Shown: positions 24,523 to 37,986, counted from the whole stretch's first letter. The stretch is 60,866 bases of DNA, filler included, from Rhabdomonas costata (GCA_019059605.1; 13 parts of 13 records of this genome joined end to end with filler, not necessarily neighbours in it); one strand, 5' to 3'. The notes: generated by a model not told the origin, from the letters alone. Made by a program: numbers and translations.

Positions 24523-27500
24523 ATGCTCGGGGACATGTGGGAGAGGCCTGTCAGCGCCTCTGTTCACCCTCTTTCGGATGGGAATACGGCTCTCCCTCGC
24601 CGGCCATGGTGGCTGAGGCTGCTGTGCTCCCTGCATGTGGTCCTGGTGGTGGTGTTTCTGTTTTGCGTGGCCTCCACGACTGCGGTGGCGTGGGTGCTTA
24701 ACCTGGTGACAGCCTCTCGGAACACCGCCCAGCTTACGCAGCATCTCACCCGCACCAACGTCCAGCAGCGCCGGGAGGTGCTCCTGAGAGGGCTCTCCGA
24801 CTCTCTGTTCTTCACAAAGTCGGACGCCCTGTGGGTGGAAAGCCTGCCTGCAGACACAGCCCTGAGCTGGAATTTCCTGCTCACTCAGGTCTTTCCTCGG
24901 ATCATCATGCGCCACCTAGTCACACCCACCTGCCTGTTTACCGTTTTCGGCACCAGTGCTGAGCTCCTCGTAGGGTTGATCATTGCCCCTCAGGATGGTG
25001 GGGAGTTTTCATGGATGATGGTACACTCCAATGTCTCCGGAGGCCCGCTGCACACCCGAATCATAAATGCAACAAGTGATGGCAAGTACCGTGTCATCAA
25101 GGACGTTGTTGGGTCCACCTCTCCCTACCAAACCTCCTCTTTACCGTGGTATACCAACTCGCCCTTGGACGACCCCCAGTACCTTCCTATTTACTTTAGT
25201 GGTTCGACTGGACTCTCTTACATCATGACCGGTGTTCGAAAGGTTTTGCCTGACGGGGACCTAGTGGCAACTAACGGCCTTCCCACCAATGGATTCTCAG
25301 ACGTTCTTCGAGAGGGCTTGGCCGATGGAGACCGGCTGTACGCCGTGGTTCGTACCCCCGCAGCACTGCTTCTTGCCTCTAGCCATGGAGTCAACTTTGT
25401 GCTTGTCAACGGACAAGCCATGGGGATCTCTCCGCTGGAAAGCAGCGACTCTTTGGTTCGGGACAGTTTTGCTGCACTTTGGGGCCCCGGGTCGTGGTGG
25501 CTTGAAGCCCCCGCCTACTCGGAGCGTCAGCTGGGCGGCGGCGAGTCCTACTTTATACTGACGGAGCCCATTGAGGGGAATGGGCTGAACTACTTGTTGA
25601 TTCACGTCACCTCCAGGGATAAAATCATGCAAGAGGTTGACAAAGCTACGCAGTCCACCATCCTCATCTGCAGCGTTCTCATTGCTGTGGACCTAGCTGT
25701 TGCGGTTGTGCTTGCAGTCTCTTTAGCTCGGCCTCTGAACGCGATTCACCACAAGATGTTGAGCCTGGCCAATATGCGCTTTGAGCTCAAGGCATGGCGC
25801 CACACGCGCAGCCAGACATGGATCACCCCGCTGGTGGGAATGGAGCGTGCCCTGGTGCGAGTGGGAAATGGGATTCAGGGCATCGCGCGGTACATCCCCG
25901 TGGAGGTGTTGAGACATCTGCTGAGCCAGTCTCTGTCGCGGGGTCCCTTCATGAGCACGCGGGAGGCTACCATTATGTTTTGTGACCTGCAGGGCTTCCA
26001 GGCCATGTGCGACACACTGAGCTCGAATGCGCTTCTGCTTCTTCTAACACACTACTTCGACTTGGTGTGCCAGGTTGTGCAGGAGCACTCCGGCACGATT
26101 GACAAGTACATCGGGGATTGTGTCATGGGGTGTGGGTTTCATTTCATGTGAATTTGTGAGTGTATGCATGATTGCATTTGATCATGGGAAGCGTGATGCG
26201 CAGCAGAAGCAGAAGCAGAAGCGGGAGGCCAGGCTGGCAAGTTCGTCCCCTGTTGAGTATTTTTCGCATGACGTCTCGTTTGGGTTAACGTCGAATTTTC
26301 CTTGTGATGTGTAAATGAATGCATGCCGTAACTCTGTGTGTGGTTGTAAGGCAGCGTAAGTCGCCCACAAGCCGCAATACGCTCCGATTCGCGATCGGCG
26401 CGTTTCGGCTACTACCATTCAGAAAAGAAGAGACCGTTGAAGAGACCGTTTTCTGCACCGCAGGCCGTCTGGAATGCTCCTCAAGACGTCCAGGAGCATG
26501 AGGAATGCGCCGTGGCTGCGGCTCTGGAAATCCGGGTCGGGCTGCCGAGGCTGCAGCAGGCCATGGCCCACATCGTGCCCGAGCGAGTGGACTTCACTAC
26601 GGGGATCCACACCGGCGCCGTCATGGCTGGGGCCCTGGGCAACTCCGTCAGGCTGGCGTACAGCTGCATCGGTCCCACCGTCAACATCGCCTCTCGGCTT
26701 CAGCCCCTGAACCTGGAGCTAGGGACCCGGATTCTGGTCTCTGGGGAGGTCGCGCAGAGGGTTCAGCGGGCACTGTTCCGCTACCTCGGGGAGGTGCAGA
26801 TGATTGGTTCCTCCAGCACGGTGGAGGTTTTTGAGCCGCTGTGCACCCGAGACTGCACCTCTCAGATTTCTCACTCCGTCACAGAAAGCTCAGAGGCCAT
26901 ACTGAATCATTTCTCGGAGGGAGAGACTGCTGCGGTGGAAGCCAGTGGTGACGATGTCGTTATTTTTGGTGTGTGTTTATGTGTTTGTGTGTGTGACACT
27001 AATCGCTGGAAGCCCCCCTACCAATACCACCGCCGGGTCTGTTTACCAATAGTGAGCCCGGGTTTTTTCGTTTTACTTCTTTTCTTTCTTTTCGTCTCTG
27101 GCGCAATGGGCCAAAGCACAATGAAAGCCGTCAGCAGGAAAGAAAGCCGGCACCACCTTATTGTGCTTATAGTGCTCAGCTTGCTCAATTTTGTCTTAGA
27201 GTCTCAACAGCAAAGCAAGGACATGCTACTGTTTTTATCACCTTCGGGGCGCTGCAGGCGCCAGCAGTGCGGAACTTTCTTCCTACCCGTCAAACACACA
27301 AATTGCGGACACATGGACACATCACACCATTAAGCGCTGTTCATTCCTTCCTAAGTGTTGTTCTGTGGCCTTTTGGGATTCGCTGTGCACACTTCTGTCG
27401 CAACGTCGGGTTGGCCACCCGATAGCGCCCTGTCGTTGCTGCAGCTTTGGTTCAATCCACTGAAAAACTGGGGATGGTTTGCTCCTCAGCCTACTGTACT

Positions 27501-27953
27501 GTACTGTACTGTACTGTACTGTACGTACTGTACTGTACTGTACTGTACTGTACTGTACTTTGTGTCTTCGCAAGTTCCAACTTGGTGCAAGTGGGGCTCA
27601 TGCCCAAACACCAACCCGTTGGTCCAACTGATCATTCAGAACACCTAAACGAATCGATGGTGAGAATCAGCCCTCGATTGGTTCATCTGTGCCGTTTTGC
27701 ATTCCATTTCTTTCCCACAGGGCACGCCGTCAAGGTGGACCACTTGGCGGCGTACGCCGAGAACTTCTCCATTGCCGCCCGGCTGTACCATGACGGGCTG
27801 CTGATTCAGGCACAGCAGGCTATCACAGAGACCATGAACTGTGGGGTACTGGCCGACGAGGCCCTGCTGCTATTGCAGCGCCGGACTCGCAGCGCCCTGG
27901 CGGGATCACCCTCGCAGCCATGGAATGGGGTAATCAAGCAAACCCTGAAGTGA
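24523..27953 (+). CDS. Membrane class III adenylate cyclase (TM - extracellular Cache-like - TM - HAMP-like - cyclase)
   Basis: Exons 24523-26127, 26464-~26947 and 27721-27953. Two TM helices. Motifs RYIP, TIMFCDLQGF, GTIDKYIGDCVM|AVWNAP, GIHTG, GPTVNIASRLQ and C-terminal WNGV...K. Catalytic Asp pair, Lys, Asn and Arg are present. Confidence 0.93.
27492..27559. repeat. (TACTG)n pentanucleotide microsatellite, intronic
   Basis: About 13 tandem units with one 1-nt deletion. Confidence 0.95.
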
Positions 27954-28315
27954 GTCCTCCCGGGAGAGTTTATCACTGCGTTTGCGATTGTCTTGTCCTC
28001 CCCGCGTTGCCTCTCTTTATCATTTCCACACCCTATGCCAATCGTACAACTGGAAACCCCCTATTCAGGTAGACATGTGTTGATATGCAGCGTTCATATC
28101 AACACACACAANNNNNNNNNNNNNNNNNNNNNNNNNNNNNNNNNNNNNNNNNNNNTTAATTAATTAANNNNNNNNNNNNNNNNNNNNNNNNNNNNNNNNN
28201 NNNNNNNNNNNGGGTTGTGGGTTCAAGTGATGTTGCGAGGGTAGAGGTGAAAAGGGGCAAGTCCCACCCCTGCCTGACGTCCCTCCCGATGGCTGTGCGT
28301 GCGATGAGTGGCTAC

Positions 28316-31308
28316 CAGGCGCAGGGTGGCTGCGCTCCACCCTGCGCCGAACCGCAGAGGCCGCCGCCTCCACGGCGGCGCTGAACCGCGGGAAGTGCAG
28401 TGCTGTGTCTGTCCACCGCACCTGGTACGTCACAAAGGCCCAGGGAGTCACAGGCAGGTTTACCTCAAGAATGGCCCACTATCATTCATGTTCGTAGACA
28501 TGCCAGTGCAAAGGCATGGTCTGAGTTCGAGTGCTTGACAAACTTACAAATCCATCAAACCTTGCATCCGCTTTGCAATACATTCGTTCAGGACCAAAAC
28601 AACTAAAAGCAAAAAGCCAATGCAATGGAGGGTCTTAAATTTAGCAAAATTGGGAAGCAGCCCCCAACCCTAAACCCAATCCTGCTGATTGTGCCACAAG
28701 TGATCCATAAATTGCTCCTCTCAAATGCCTTACAAAACCCTTCAAAAAAGGCTTCCACAGAAATGATAAAATGAAGGGATGTAAAGAGATCGGCCACTGC
28801 CACACCGTTACGCTTCCCCAAAAAGAAAGCAGCCATGAAATGTCAACCTCAGGGAGGCGATTCACAGCGGCCAGGGTGAAGGCCGTAAAGCCCGAGACTA
28901 GCACCAGGGAGGCCGAGGAGGCCCTGATCTTCTCCGCGAAGCCCTGCGGAGGTGCCAGGACTGCTCGGCGGTGCCTCACGGGACAGTCCATGCAGAGATT
29001 CTTCCGCGAGCTCAAGCACCTTTCGGCGTGCACATACAGATGCAGACTATAAATTGTAGGAGGGGGGCACTCTTCGCCAGGGCACAGTACTTTGGGACCT
29101 TTCTGGATCCATATCTGCTTCTCTCTCTATGGCTTTCGCAGATCTCCTCAGGCTTCTCTGTTTCTTGGGCTCAAGCTGCTCCTCAAGGGTGGCCACTCAC
29201 ACAGAGTGAGCGCATCCACAGTACGAGTGCCCTTTCTGTCTCCCTAAAACAGCTCCTGACCCCTACCAGCTTCCTCCGGTCTCTGACTCTTGTTATCTAA
29301 TGGACCGAAATTAAGTCCGGCAATGAAGGGTGTGTGCGGGTGATTGGTGGGACAGCTCAGAGTTGCACAAAGTACTTATTGTTGAGCTGCGGTACGGTGG
29401 CGAAGTGGAGGCAGAAGAGCTCTGAGGCTACATTGCACCTGTATACCGAAACCGGCAAAGCAAAGCACACCAGCAAAAAGTGGAAACCCAGCAATCCCCT
29501 GTCCGCTCACCCGTTAACAAAGGATTGATGCGAACTTTAAAACAGTGTTCGTGCAGCCCATTTGGGTGCAAGCAGGACAACACAGGAAACCCTGAGAGCA
29601 TCTAGATTCACATGGGAGGCTGTTCTCGGTGCGTTTCTTCGTCCCGGTGCAGGGGACTTTTCCCCGTTTATCGCCGGTGTGAGTCCTAGCCATTCAGAAG
29701 GCGGATCCGCCCGCAGCTCTGCTCATCGGGGGCTGTCACACATGGCAATTCAAACGCGAGGCAAAATGTAGATGGGTGAAGGTCGGTTACCTTTTGTGAG
29801 CCAAAGGCATCACTGCGCGAATATTCCTCAAGTGCCGGTCCATGATCGATACCTTCCCTGGGGTGCACAAAAAAAACACGCAATAGTCAACCCAACCATC
29901 CAGACGCCTCCAAGCCATACAAACCCCACCGGCAGACGGCTTCTCACTATGGCATGATCACATGCACCACGGTGCACGTATCGCGGTCGAGGTGGATCTA
30001 GAAAATAAACTCACCCGTTCCCCTCTTCTGAACAGGCAAGAAAACCGGCAGTCAGCGCAGGACCACACAACAATAAGACTTCCAATCGATCTCGAGGAAG
30101 CGGTCTTTTTTTAGCACTCTGCCACGTGAAGCCTGTCTGCTCTCCCCAGCGGCGGATGTACATCTCCATGCATATCGCGGTTCTGTCCTCTCCAGTGTCT
30201 CCTTCCTGTGCAAAAAGCAGAAGTCAAAACCTGAGGTGTTCGTCACGCCTGGGAGGTTAACCACGACAAGCCCAGAGCCCTTCCGGCGCAGATGGGTGGT
30301 TAACGAGACGAAGTCGAAGATGTCCTCCCATTGGGTGAAGCAGAACTGGGTCTGTTTTTTTGAAAGGGGGAGGGGTGCAGTGGTGAGGGTCGGGTTCCAG
30401 GAATGCGAGAATCTGCCGTTTCTCCTGAATCAACCTGCCTTTCACCATCAGGCCTTTCTCTTTTCTATATTTGACTTTTATTTCATTCACCCCTTCCGCC
30501 CATCAACTCTGCTCTTGCTGTCTCTCTCCACCCTTCTCTCGATATTTCCTCCCAGCGACCCTGCAGTCTCGAACAGTGCTGTACACAATCCCGATGGGTT
30601 GCGCAAATGCTAGAAAAGTTGGTTGGCAGTTTCTGGTCTACTTTCTGGTGGAGAAACTTAAGTTTCCCAAGGAAACAACTTTCCCAAACACTCGAAGTTA
30701 GCTAAACCTTGTCGGCAGCATTCCGAGCCGAAGTGTGCGTGCCGTTGGCGTGCGAAACCGGACGTGAGTTATGACATTTTTAGCGTCGCTTTTGCGACGA
30801 ACTCTGTCAAGCGAAGGGGAATTGAGAAATTGAACTTGATGCTCACGGACTTCTTTTTGGCCTAAACTTCATTTGAATTGTTTCAATGCCTTGCGGGATG
30901 AAGGCAGTCAAAAGGCAACGACACATATACCCATATGAAAAGCAACAAACCGCGGTTTAGGTTTGCGGTATTTTTTAAGCAGCATTGAATTCTGGGGCCA
31001 ACTCATAGAGTTCCAGTTTTCATACTGCCTGTACCCAGAAGTTGCGATTTCCCTGAAGTCTCGGCGTATGGCAGAACTGAACCTCCAATAAAAAGCACCA
31101 ACGCAAAAATGCAGTGAATGAAATGAAAAGAAGGTAGTACGCAGTTTCGATTTCGGCCGACCTCGTACAGCAGAAGCGCCCGGCGCAGGACCGATGCCAG
31201 CTGGACCATGTTCAGCAGCTGCGTGAGCTGATTTCCCCAGCCGATGCTGCGCTGGGAATACCACCCAAAAGGACAGTATGTTATCCACTTCCAAGACCTT
31301 GAGACGCC
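28316..31308 (-). CDS. GDP-fucose O-fucosyltransferase-like glycosyltransferase, partial, multi-exon
   Basis: Exon 31308-31141 has GWGNQLTQLLNMVQLASVLRRALLL (O-FucT N-terminal G-x-x-NQ...LxRxLxL motif). Exon from 30351 has WEDIFDF. Further exons at ~29855-29791, ~29040-28848 and 28421-28316 (PRFSAAVEAAA). Confidence 0.65.
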
Positions 31309-33123
31309 CTTGTTCAGATGGGAGACCAGAACGGGAATCTGAGTGAGAAAGAGGGAAGTGGGAGGGGGAAAGCGAGCAGGCGCGAAAATAGACTTGCGGA
31401 CGGCAAACCCGATGGGGAAAAATTGACCCGCTGGCGCTCGCATGAACGACCCAACCTTAACTCACAGCATGTGAGGTAAGGTAAGGTAAGGTACATCCCA
31501 AAACTCAGATATCACGAGGTTCCACATTGAAATCCTGGGAACACCCCATAATGCCAATAGGCTTCCACACCTGCACGTAAGGCGTGGCCACAGCTGTAAC
31601 TCCTGGGGCTCTGAATTTACGGTTTACCACTTCACCTCCCGCACACCACCAAGCCACGGGCCATGATGTTAGTCATACCATATTTCCCAACCCTGTTACC
31701 CAGCACCCTTCCAACACATCTAAGTCGCCAGAACTCCGGCGTGTATTCAGATGGATGATGCGGGGCAATAACCCGTTTGCCAGTGGGAGAGAGAACCACT
31801 CTGGAGTCCAAGCACCTCGGTCAGGTTACGGGACGTCCAGCTGGCTGGTATCCAAGTGTAAAAGCTTTCCTCGCCCACGGCATCAGCAGGGGGCCCCGCT
31901 TTCACCTCGGCAAGGCCAGTTGCGTGACTCTCGCCGCTGCAAAAGGGCGCCCGAAGAAGCAAATGGGCAACCAGAACCCCGGCCCACACCCGTAGAACAT
32001 AACAAAGATGCCCCGTGAGAGAGAGAAAAATACGAAGAAGTTACGCCTGAAGTTTTCAGGGGATGGGAACTGGAGGAGTAACAAGTCATTTGCTTGACAA
32101 TAAAACCAGTAAAACGCTTTTTTTCGGATACAGTACCAACATTACGCTCGTTTATCAGCTCTTGAGATACGCGATGGACGGGGACGTCTGCCTTCCACAA
32201 GTGGAGGCAATTTGGTGCCATGCCAGGTCCGGTTGCAATCCCCGTGATAGCTTTCATTAAAGTATGCTGGAGTGAATGCACAGACCGGTGTTCATAACGT
32301 GGGACATGTTCAGCGAAAAACAGGCGGAAGGACTTTGCGCATCTGATTTGAGAGGTGCGGCTACTTTCTGCTCCAAACCACAATACAGCGAAAAGACATT
32401 CAGAGGACACAGACTACACCAAGGTGCTGCATTTTGTTTACCTTGTTATATATTTGTTTGCCTATTACCAGCACAATTCCATGGGAAAGCCAAACGCGTG
32501 GAGCAGCACCGCATCAGCAACAGAAAGCACGCTGACCAGAAAAGATACAAAGAAGCCAACACAGCAACCAATGTTGTGCAACCAGAAGCAGTCCCTCGTC
32601 TCGTCTCGTGGGTGCGTCCTTTGAGAGAGTAAGTGAGATGAGTGGATGTAACAAGAACAATGAAGATCCAAGCAACGAAAGGTGGAGGGGTGCGGTACTT
32701 TGCAGCGCACCGCGCCGCAAGGGAAGCCGCATGGAAAAACAACGGCCGAAAGAAAGTACAGCAGAAGAGTCATCCACACAAACCCCAACNNNNNNNNNNN
32801 NNNNNNNNNNNNNNNNNNNNNNNNNNNNNNNNNTTAATTAATTAANNNNNNNNNNNNNNNNNNNNNNNNNNNNNNNNNNNNNNNNNNNNCGAAGGGATTG
32901 AAAAGGAAAAAGAAAGAAACGCTTTGAGCTTCGGGTCCTGTTTGTTGGACCCCAGGTGAGCACCGCGCAAGAGCAAAGTTCGGGTCTTGTTTGTTGATAG
33001 CTCGAAACACTTAAAAACCCTAGAGATAGTCCCCGACAGGTGCATTTTTGTTTGTGCTCGTTTTCCTTCTTGCCGAGTTTTGTGTCTGGTGGGTCGTGTT
33101 TTTTCTTGCCCTTTGGTCTTCGG

Positions 33124-33276
33124 ATGGATGATGTCTGGGAGGACGTGGACGAGGTCCAGGCCTTCCGCCAGCACCAGCAGCGTGAGCTGGGCCACCTCCA
33201 AGCTGATCTCCACCACACGGGCTTTGTAGAAGGTCTAGACGCGGCCCAAGACATGACAATCTCTCCCGAAGGTTTT
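33124..33276 (+). CDS. YAE1: YAE1-like protein (Yae1_N motif), first exon
   Basis: MDDVWED...QQRELGHLQ...GFVEGLDAAQ...EGF matches the Yae1 pattern DDxxx...RExxxxx...GYxxGxxxG...xGF. 3' end unresolved. Confidence 0.55.
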
Positions 33277-33604
33277 CCTCCTAGCAACGTTCCTCCTTTC
33301 TTCCTTCCTTCCTTATTATCCTGTCGCGTGATGACCGTTTTGGTAAAGTGTATCCTGAATCTGTTGGGGTTGCAGGCGATCGAAATGCAAACAAGGAGTT
33401 AGGATTGTGCAGCTTACCCAGTGGCCCTCCATACCGCTGATGGGTTGCTTTCATCCGTACCTTGATCCCGGCACGGCGAAAATCACAACCCCTCCTTCTC
33501 GCCACAGAGCCAGGGCAGGCGTGGTTGGGAGTTCAGTTGGCATCACACACTGGACTGTTTTGCAGATTCCTAATGAGTTCAACGTAACAGCAAAGCCTTA
33601 AAAA

Positions 33605-35843
33605 TCATTGAAACTTTACCTCCCCTCTCTCCTTCTCTCCCTCCCTCCCTTTAGCTCGACAATGTAACCTTTTTGGGCACACATGCGAGCGTCCCGTCAA
33701 GATGAGTTTTTGGAGAACAGCAGCTCGGGGAGGGATGCAAAGACCCGCGGGGCACACCTGATGTGGATTGCTGGGAAAGTAGTACCACCTCCCGTGCAGG
33801 TTGACGACGGTGACGGTGTGGTTGAGCCACGCGGCGTGCTCCGCGATTGGGGTGGTAAGGACCCCGTCGCTGCGGTAGACATACCGCTGAACCCCCGGGA
33901 GGTACTGCCGGGGGAGCACCGCAGTCTCCCATAGAAAGAACAGCACGTGGTGGGGCTGAATGTTCTAGGGCAAGAGCAAGCGAGCGAGATAGAGCAAAGG
34001 GAGGCAGGGACAAAAAAGTAAGACGCCGAGGCGGCACTGGGAATCTCCCACACCAACTGGGACTCTCCAGCGGAGGAAGTGTGGGCAAACAAAGCATACG
34101 AGGCAAAGCAAATTTAGGGAGTAAGCAGAACCCGGGGTGTGAAATCTCACCTCGCCCGCTCAGCCCATCAAACAATTATTGGCCAACCGGGTCAGGGTTA
34201 GAGTGACTTGAGCTTAATAACGAAACCTACAGCATAAATCTCCAACCCTCTACTCCCAAAGCACCTGGGCCTGCCCGCCCTTGACCAATGATGTTCTAAA
34301 TAGCTAACCTGACTGGAACATTCCATGCACAGAGTTAGCTCCAAGTTCCCTCCATCGGCTGGGGAACATTTTTTATCTCCCAGCCCGTCGGACTTGGGGC
34401 TCTCTTCCTGCTGCGGGCCTCTTGCCATTCTTTGAGAGGCAGCTTGGAAATCTTTGAAAAAACGAATCCCTTTGTATTGCGGTGATTGCGGTTCAGCCTT
34501 TCCCTTTCTCTTCAGCAAAGGGCTCTCAGCAAACTGAGATACACAGGAGCGGAGTTCTATCCGCCCCCCCCCGCCCCCCCGCCACAAAAAAAGAGCTCTG
34601 AGATTAGGCAACCATGTCGTTCTCGGCATAGATGAAGAACTGAAACTTGTTCACGTTCTCTGCAATGATGCTGCGGCTGGCCACGGCGAGGAAGTTGCCG
34701 ATGCTTGCGTTGTACTGACGGATCCCGTACGGGACGTGCGTGTTTATCCTTGGGCAGAAGAGGGCCCCTTGGATCTTGGGTGTGATCTCGTCGAAGGAGA
34801 CCTGGGAAGCACAAACGGCCGTGAATCCATCACCGTCATGCGCGTTGACCGCAAAAGTATAGGAAAACAAAAGCCTTACGGAGAAAAGGACCAGTGTACA
34901 TCACCCATGGGGCACTAGCTCCTAGGTACTCCACCCCCCTCTCCGCCTTTCTCTGCTGTAATGTGAGGTCAAGCAAGGACGAACCACCGCGCTTAAATGC
35001 AAACTTCCGCAAATCCGTACAGAACAACAGCCACGAACGAGTAACGGACATACACCGTGGGAAAAAGGAATCCCCCCCCCCTGGAATCCCGTGTCCGTCC
35101 ACGGTGCTACTTTACGGGAACATTTGACCTTAGCAGTTTTTCAGTGTCGAACTGTAATGGGACAGATGAGAAAAGGAGATAATGGAAAGCAGGCTTGCAA
35201 AAGCGAGTGCTTAACAAGCGAAGGAGCCACAAAACATGGTCCGGAAACGAAAATGAAACACTACAACGAAGAGGAGAGCAGCAGGAGATCTGAGCAAGAT
35301 TGTCCAGGGGTCTTGAAGCATGGAAACAAAAGTCAAAAGAAACGGGGGACGACGGCAGGATGAGTTCTAAGATCAGCAGAGAAAAGTGGAAGAGGTGGTG
35401 GGATACTTAACGTAACTGCAACAGATCAGGACACGAACGGTGGATAAGGATAACGTAGATGCATACAAACCACCGCAAAGGCGCAAGCTCTAATCGACAA
35501 GGGGCCCCAGCATGGGGCACAGGGAGGCTCTGTCCCGTTGTGAGGGCCGTATCCGAAAGAAAAGAAAGACAGAATGCAAGGCCACTCGAAAACTCGGAAT
35601 ATATAACCGATGCATAAGCACTGCAGAAAGCCATCTCTGTCGCTACAGGAAACACACTTGTTTCAAGAGCAAACTACACACACGCACACGCACGCCCGCA
35701 CACACACACACACACACACACACCGTGGTGAGGAACTCTATCCTCAGCCGCCACCCAAAGTCGCACATCGTTGCGGCCGACCTCAGCATCACCAGCATCA
35801 CCGAGAGCTGCTTCAGGTCATAGCTATTGATGAGGTAGAGCAC
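33605..35843 (-). CDS. Hypothetical glycosyltransferase-like protein (GT-A-like 'FFIYAEND' motif)
   Basis: Phase-0 GT-AG joined exons 35843-35724 (VLYLINSYD), 34801-34613 (FQFFIYAENDM) and 33964-~33690 (NIQPHHVLFFLWET...YLPGVQRY). Confidence 0.6.
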
Positions 35844-37072
35844 CTGTGGCGGCGAAGCGGCGGTGATGGCAAAGGCCGAGAGACAAAACCGACGAGAACA
35901 AAACCACAGGCTTGCGATCGGGGTCCCCGGTCGAGGGGTCGAGGGGGACAGGTTTATATTAGGGGCAAAGGACAGTTCGCAGCTCTGCTGGACCGGGAGG
36001 CTAAGTGGAGTGGTTCCTTGGGGTAGGCGATGCTTTGTTTAGCACTTGAACCAACCAAACCTCCCTTATTTCAGCAAACTCCCGCCTTGAGGCGGTGGAC
36101 GTGAGTAGGTTTCAGTGCGGAAGTCGGGCGGGGTAAAGGGGTGACCGTATTTTGTATAGTTCTTGTGTGTGGACCGGGGACAGAAACCGGCTGCGCCTGA
36201 CGCTCTTCACTGTTGCTGTCATGTGCAGGTTTGTTTCGCTGAAGAAGTCCCCCTTTGGTTTTCTTGTCTTCGCGCCCGCTCGCGTGTGAAAACTCGAAAA
36301 CAATCACACACTTCAGAAAGGAGGTTAGGCTAGCCCCACCCAGAAACTGAGAAAGTCGTCTGCCCTATTTTTATGACACTGGTCCCAAAACTGTAGTGTA
36401 GGTGTATATGAGCGAAGCCGATAGTGGGAGGAATATCCAAACCTTTCAAACCGCAAGGCAAAAGGGGGGCTGCTTTCAAGTCTTTTGTACAATGCAAACT
36501 GGGAGTGTATCCGAACACAACATACCTATATCATCGGTCCTTCTACAGAGCTCGCCATCGGTAAAAAGATAGCACCCCGCTCCCTCTCCCCCCCCACCCT
36601 CTCCCAGCTACCCTACATAGATCTGTCCCATCCTTCTGTGAAACTGAACGAGTGTGTTCCAAGCCTGCAAGAAGTAATTTTGCCCTGATTTTGCTCCGCT
36701 CAGCCCTAGAACGTACCCTCTGTCTGATCTAACAAAAATCTTTGCTTACCGTAGAGCCTACTTTACTTTGGTTTGAGCAAAAAAAAATAAAGGTTAGGTG
36801 AGGTGTTCGAGCAGGCGTATATTAAAGAAAGCGGTTTAGAAAAAATGTTGCTGTTCAGCAGTGTCCCCAGTTCAATCCCCACCGATGCGGCAGAAGTCAC
36901 CAGCCTCACTGTGTGGCTGCACTGGTGTATATGCCCCCAACCCCTTCAAAAAAAAGAGGCCCTGCCTATGTGTATGGCAGGAAGGGCATTGAAACCATCT
37001 ACCACCACCATACAAAGACCCATTAGCTTATTCGCCTGCCACAAAAAAGCACGGGGGTATACATGTCCGCGA

Positions 37073-37465
37073 AGTAGTGTAGCAGGGGGATGATGTAGGG
37101 CGACGGGGGGATAATGTCGCGCAGCAGCATGAACTCGTTCTCGAACTTCTGCATGATGATCGCCGTCTCACTGGACTCCCGGTTCTTCATCACCTTCACT
37201 ACCTGAACAGCGAAGGAGGAGGGCCCTGATCCCCAATCACAACATAAAGCCATGCTCTCGGCATCTCGGAAAATGGTGATACGAAAGTGCGTGGCTCCAA
37301 GCCACTGTCGGCGAACAAACCCCTGCCATCTTGGTCTTGGGTGGGGGATGGCAGACAGAGGAAGGGCAGGGAGCGGCCAGAGACCAGGGGCCACTGCGGT
37401 CTTCCTTTGAGCTGGGCCGAGAATACGGCGGCCTCGACGCCCTCGATAGTGCCCACGCAGACTTT
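37073..37465 (-). CDS. Protein kinase N-lobe fragment (PINK1/PEAK-like pattern)
   Basis: GTIEGVEAAVFSAQL...PL|VVKVMKN (subdomain II Lys), KFENEFMLL (alphaC Glu) and PPSPYIIPLLHYFAD. GT-AG intron ~37385-37203. Confidence 0.6.
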
Positions 37466-37986
37466 NNNNNNNNNNNNNNNNNNNNNNNNNNNNNNNNNNN
37501 NNNNNNNNNTTAATTAATTAANNNNNNNNNNNNNNNNNNNNNNNNNNNNNNNNNNNNNNNNNNNNAGAATGCCTACTTAGCTTCGTCAAAGTTTGCATAG
37601 TTGGCCGATGTTCTCGATCCTGTACGTCTGCTGAATTATACCGCAAAATAAGTTGGAAGTGTGCGTGAACCTTGAATCCTCCTGCGCCGCTAATCCTCCC
37701 TAAGTGTGAAATGATTGGTTGGGGAAGAGCGTTTCCATTGTAACTAACATAGCTAGCCTCTCGAACAATGCCAACAATATGAGCCACCAACCACCTTTTT
37801 GGGGGTCGGATTACTGATGATGATGACCGAAAAGCTCACTTCTTTAATTTGAACACATTTATCCTGGAAACAGCCAAATTGAACAATACACACAGATACG
37901 TTATTGGCGCCTTTCATTGCCTTGCCGCCATTCAAACCGCCCTTTTCCACGGGTGCAGAGTCCGCCCGGTTCTATTGCATTTGCAG

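Noticed and set aside
30207..30231. Putative 25-nt intron in the O-fucosyltransferase-like gene
   Set aside because: Splicing it leads to a stop, while the unspliced frame stays open.
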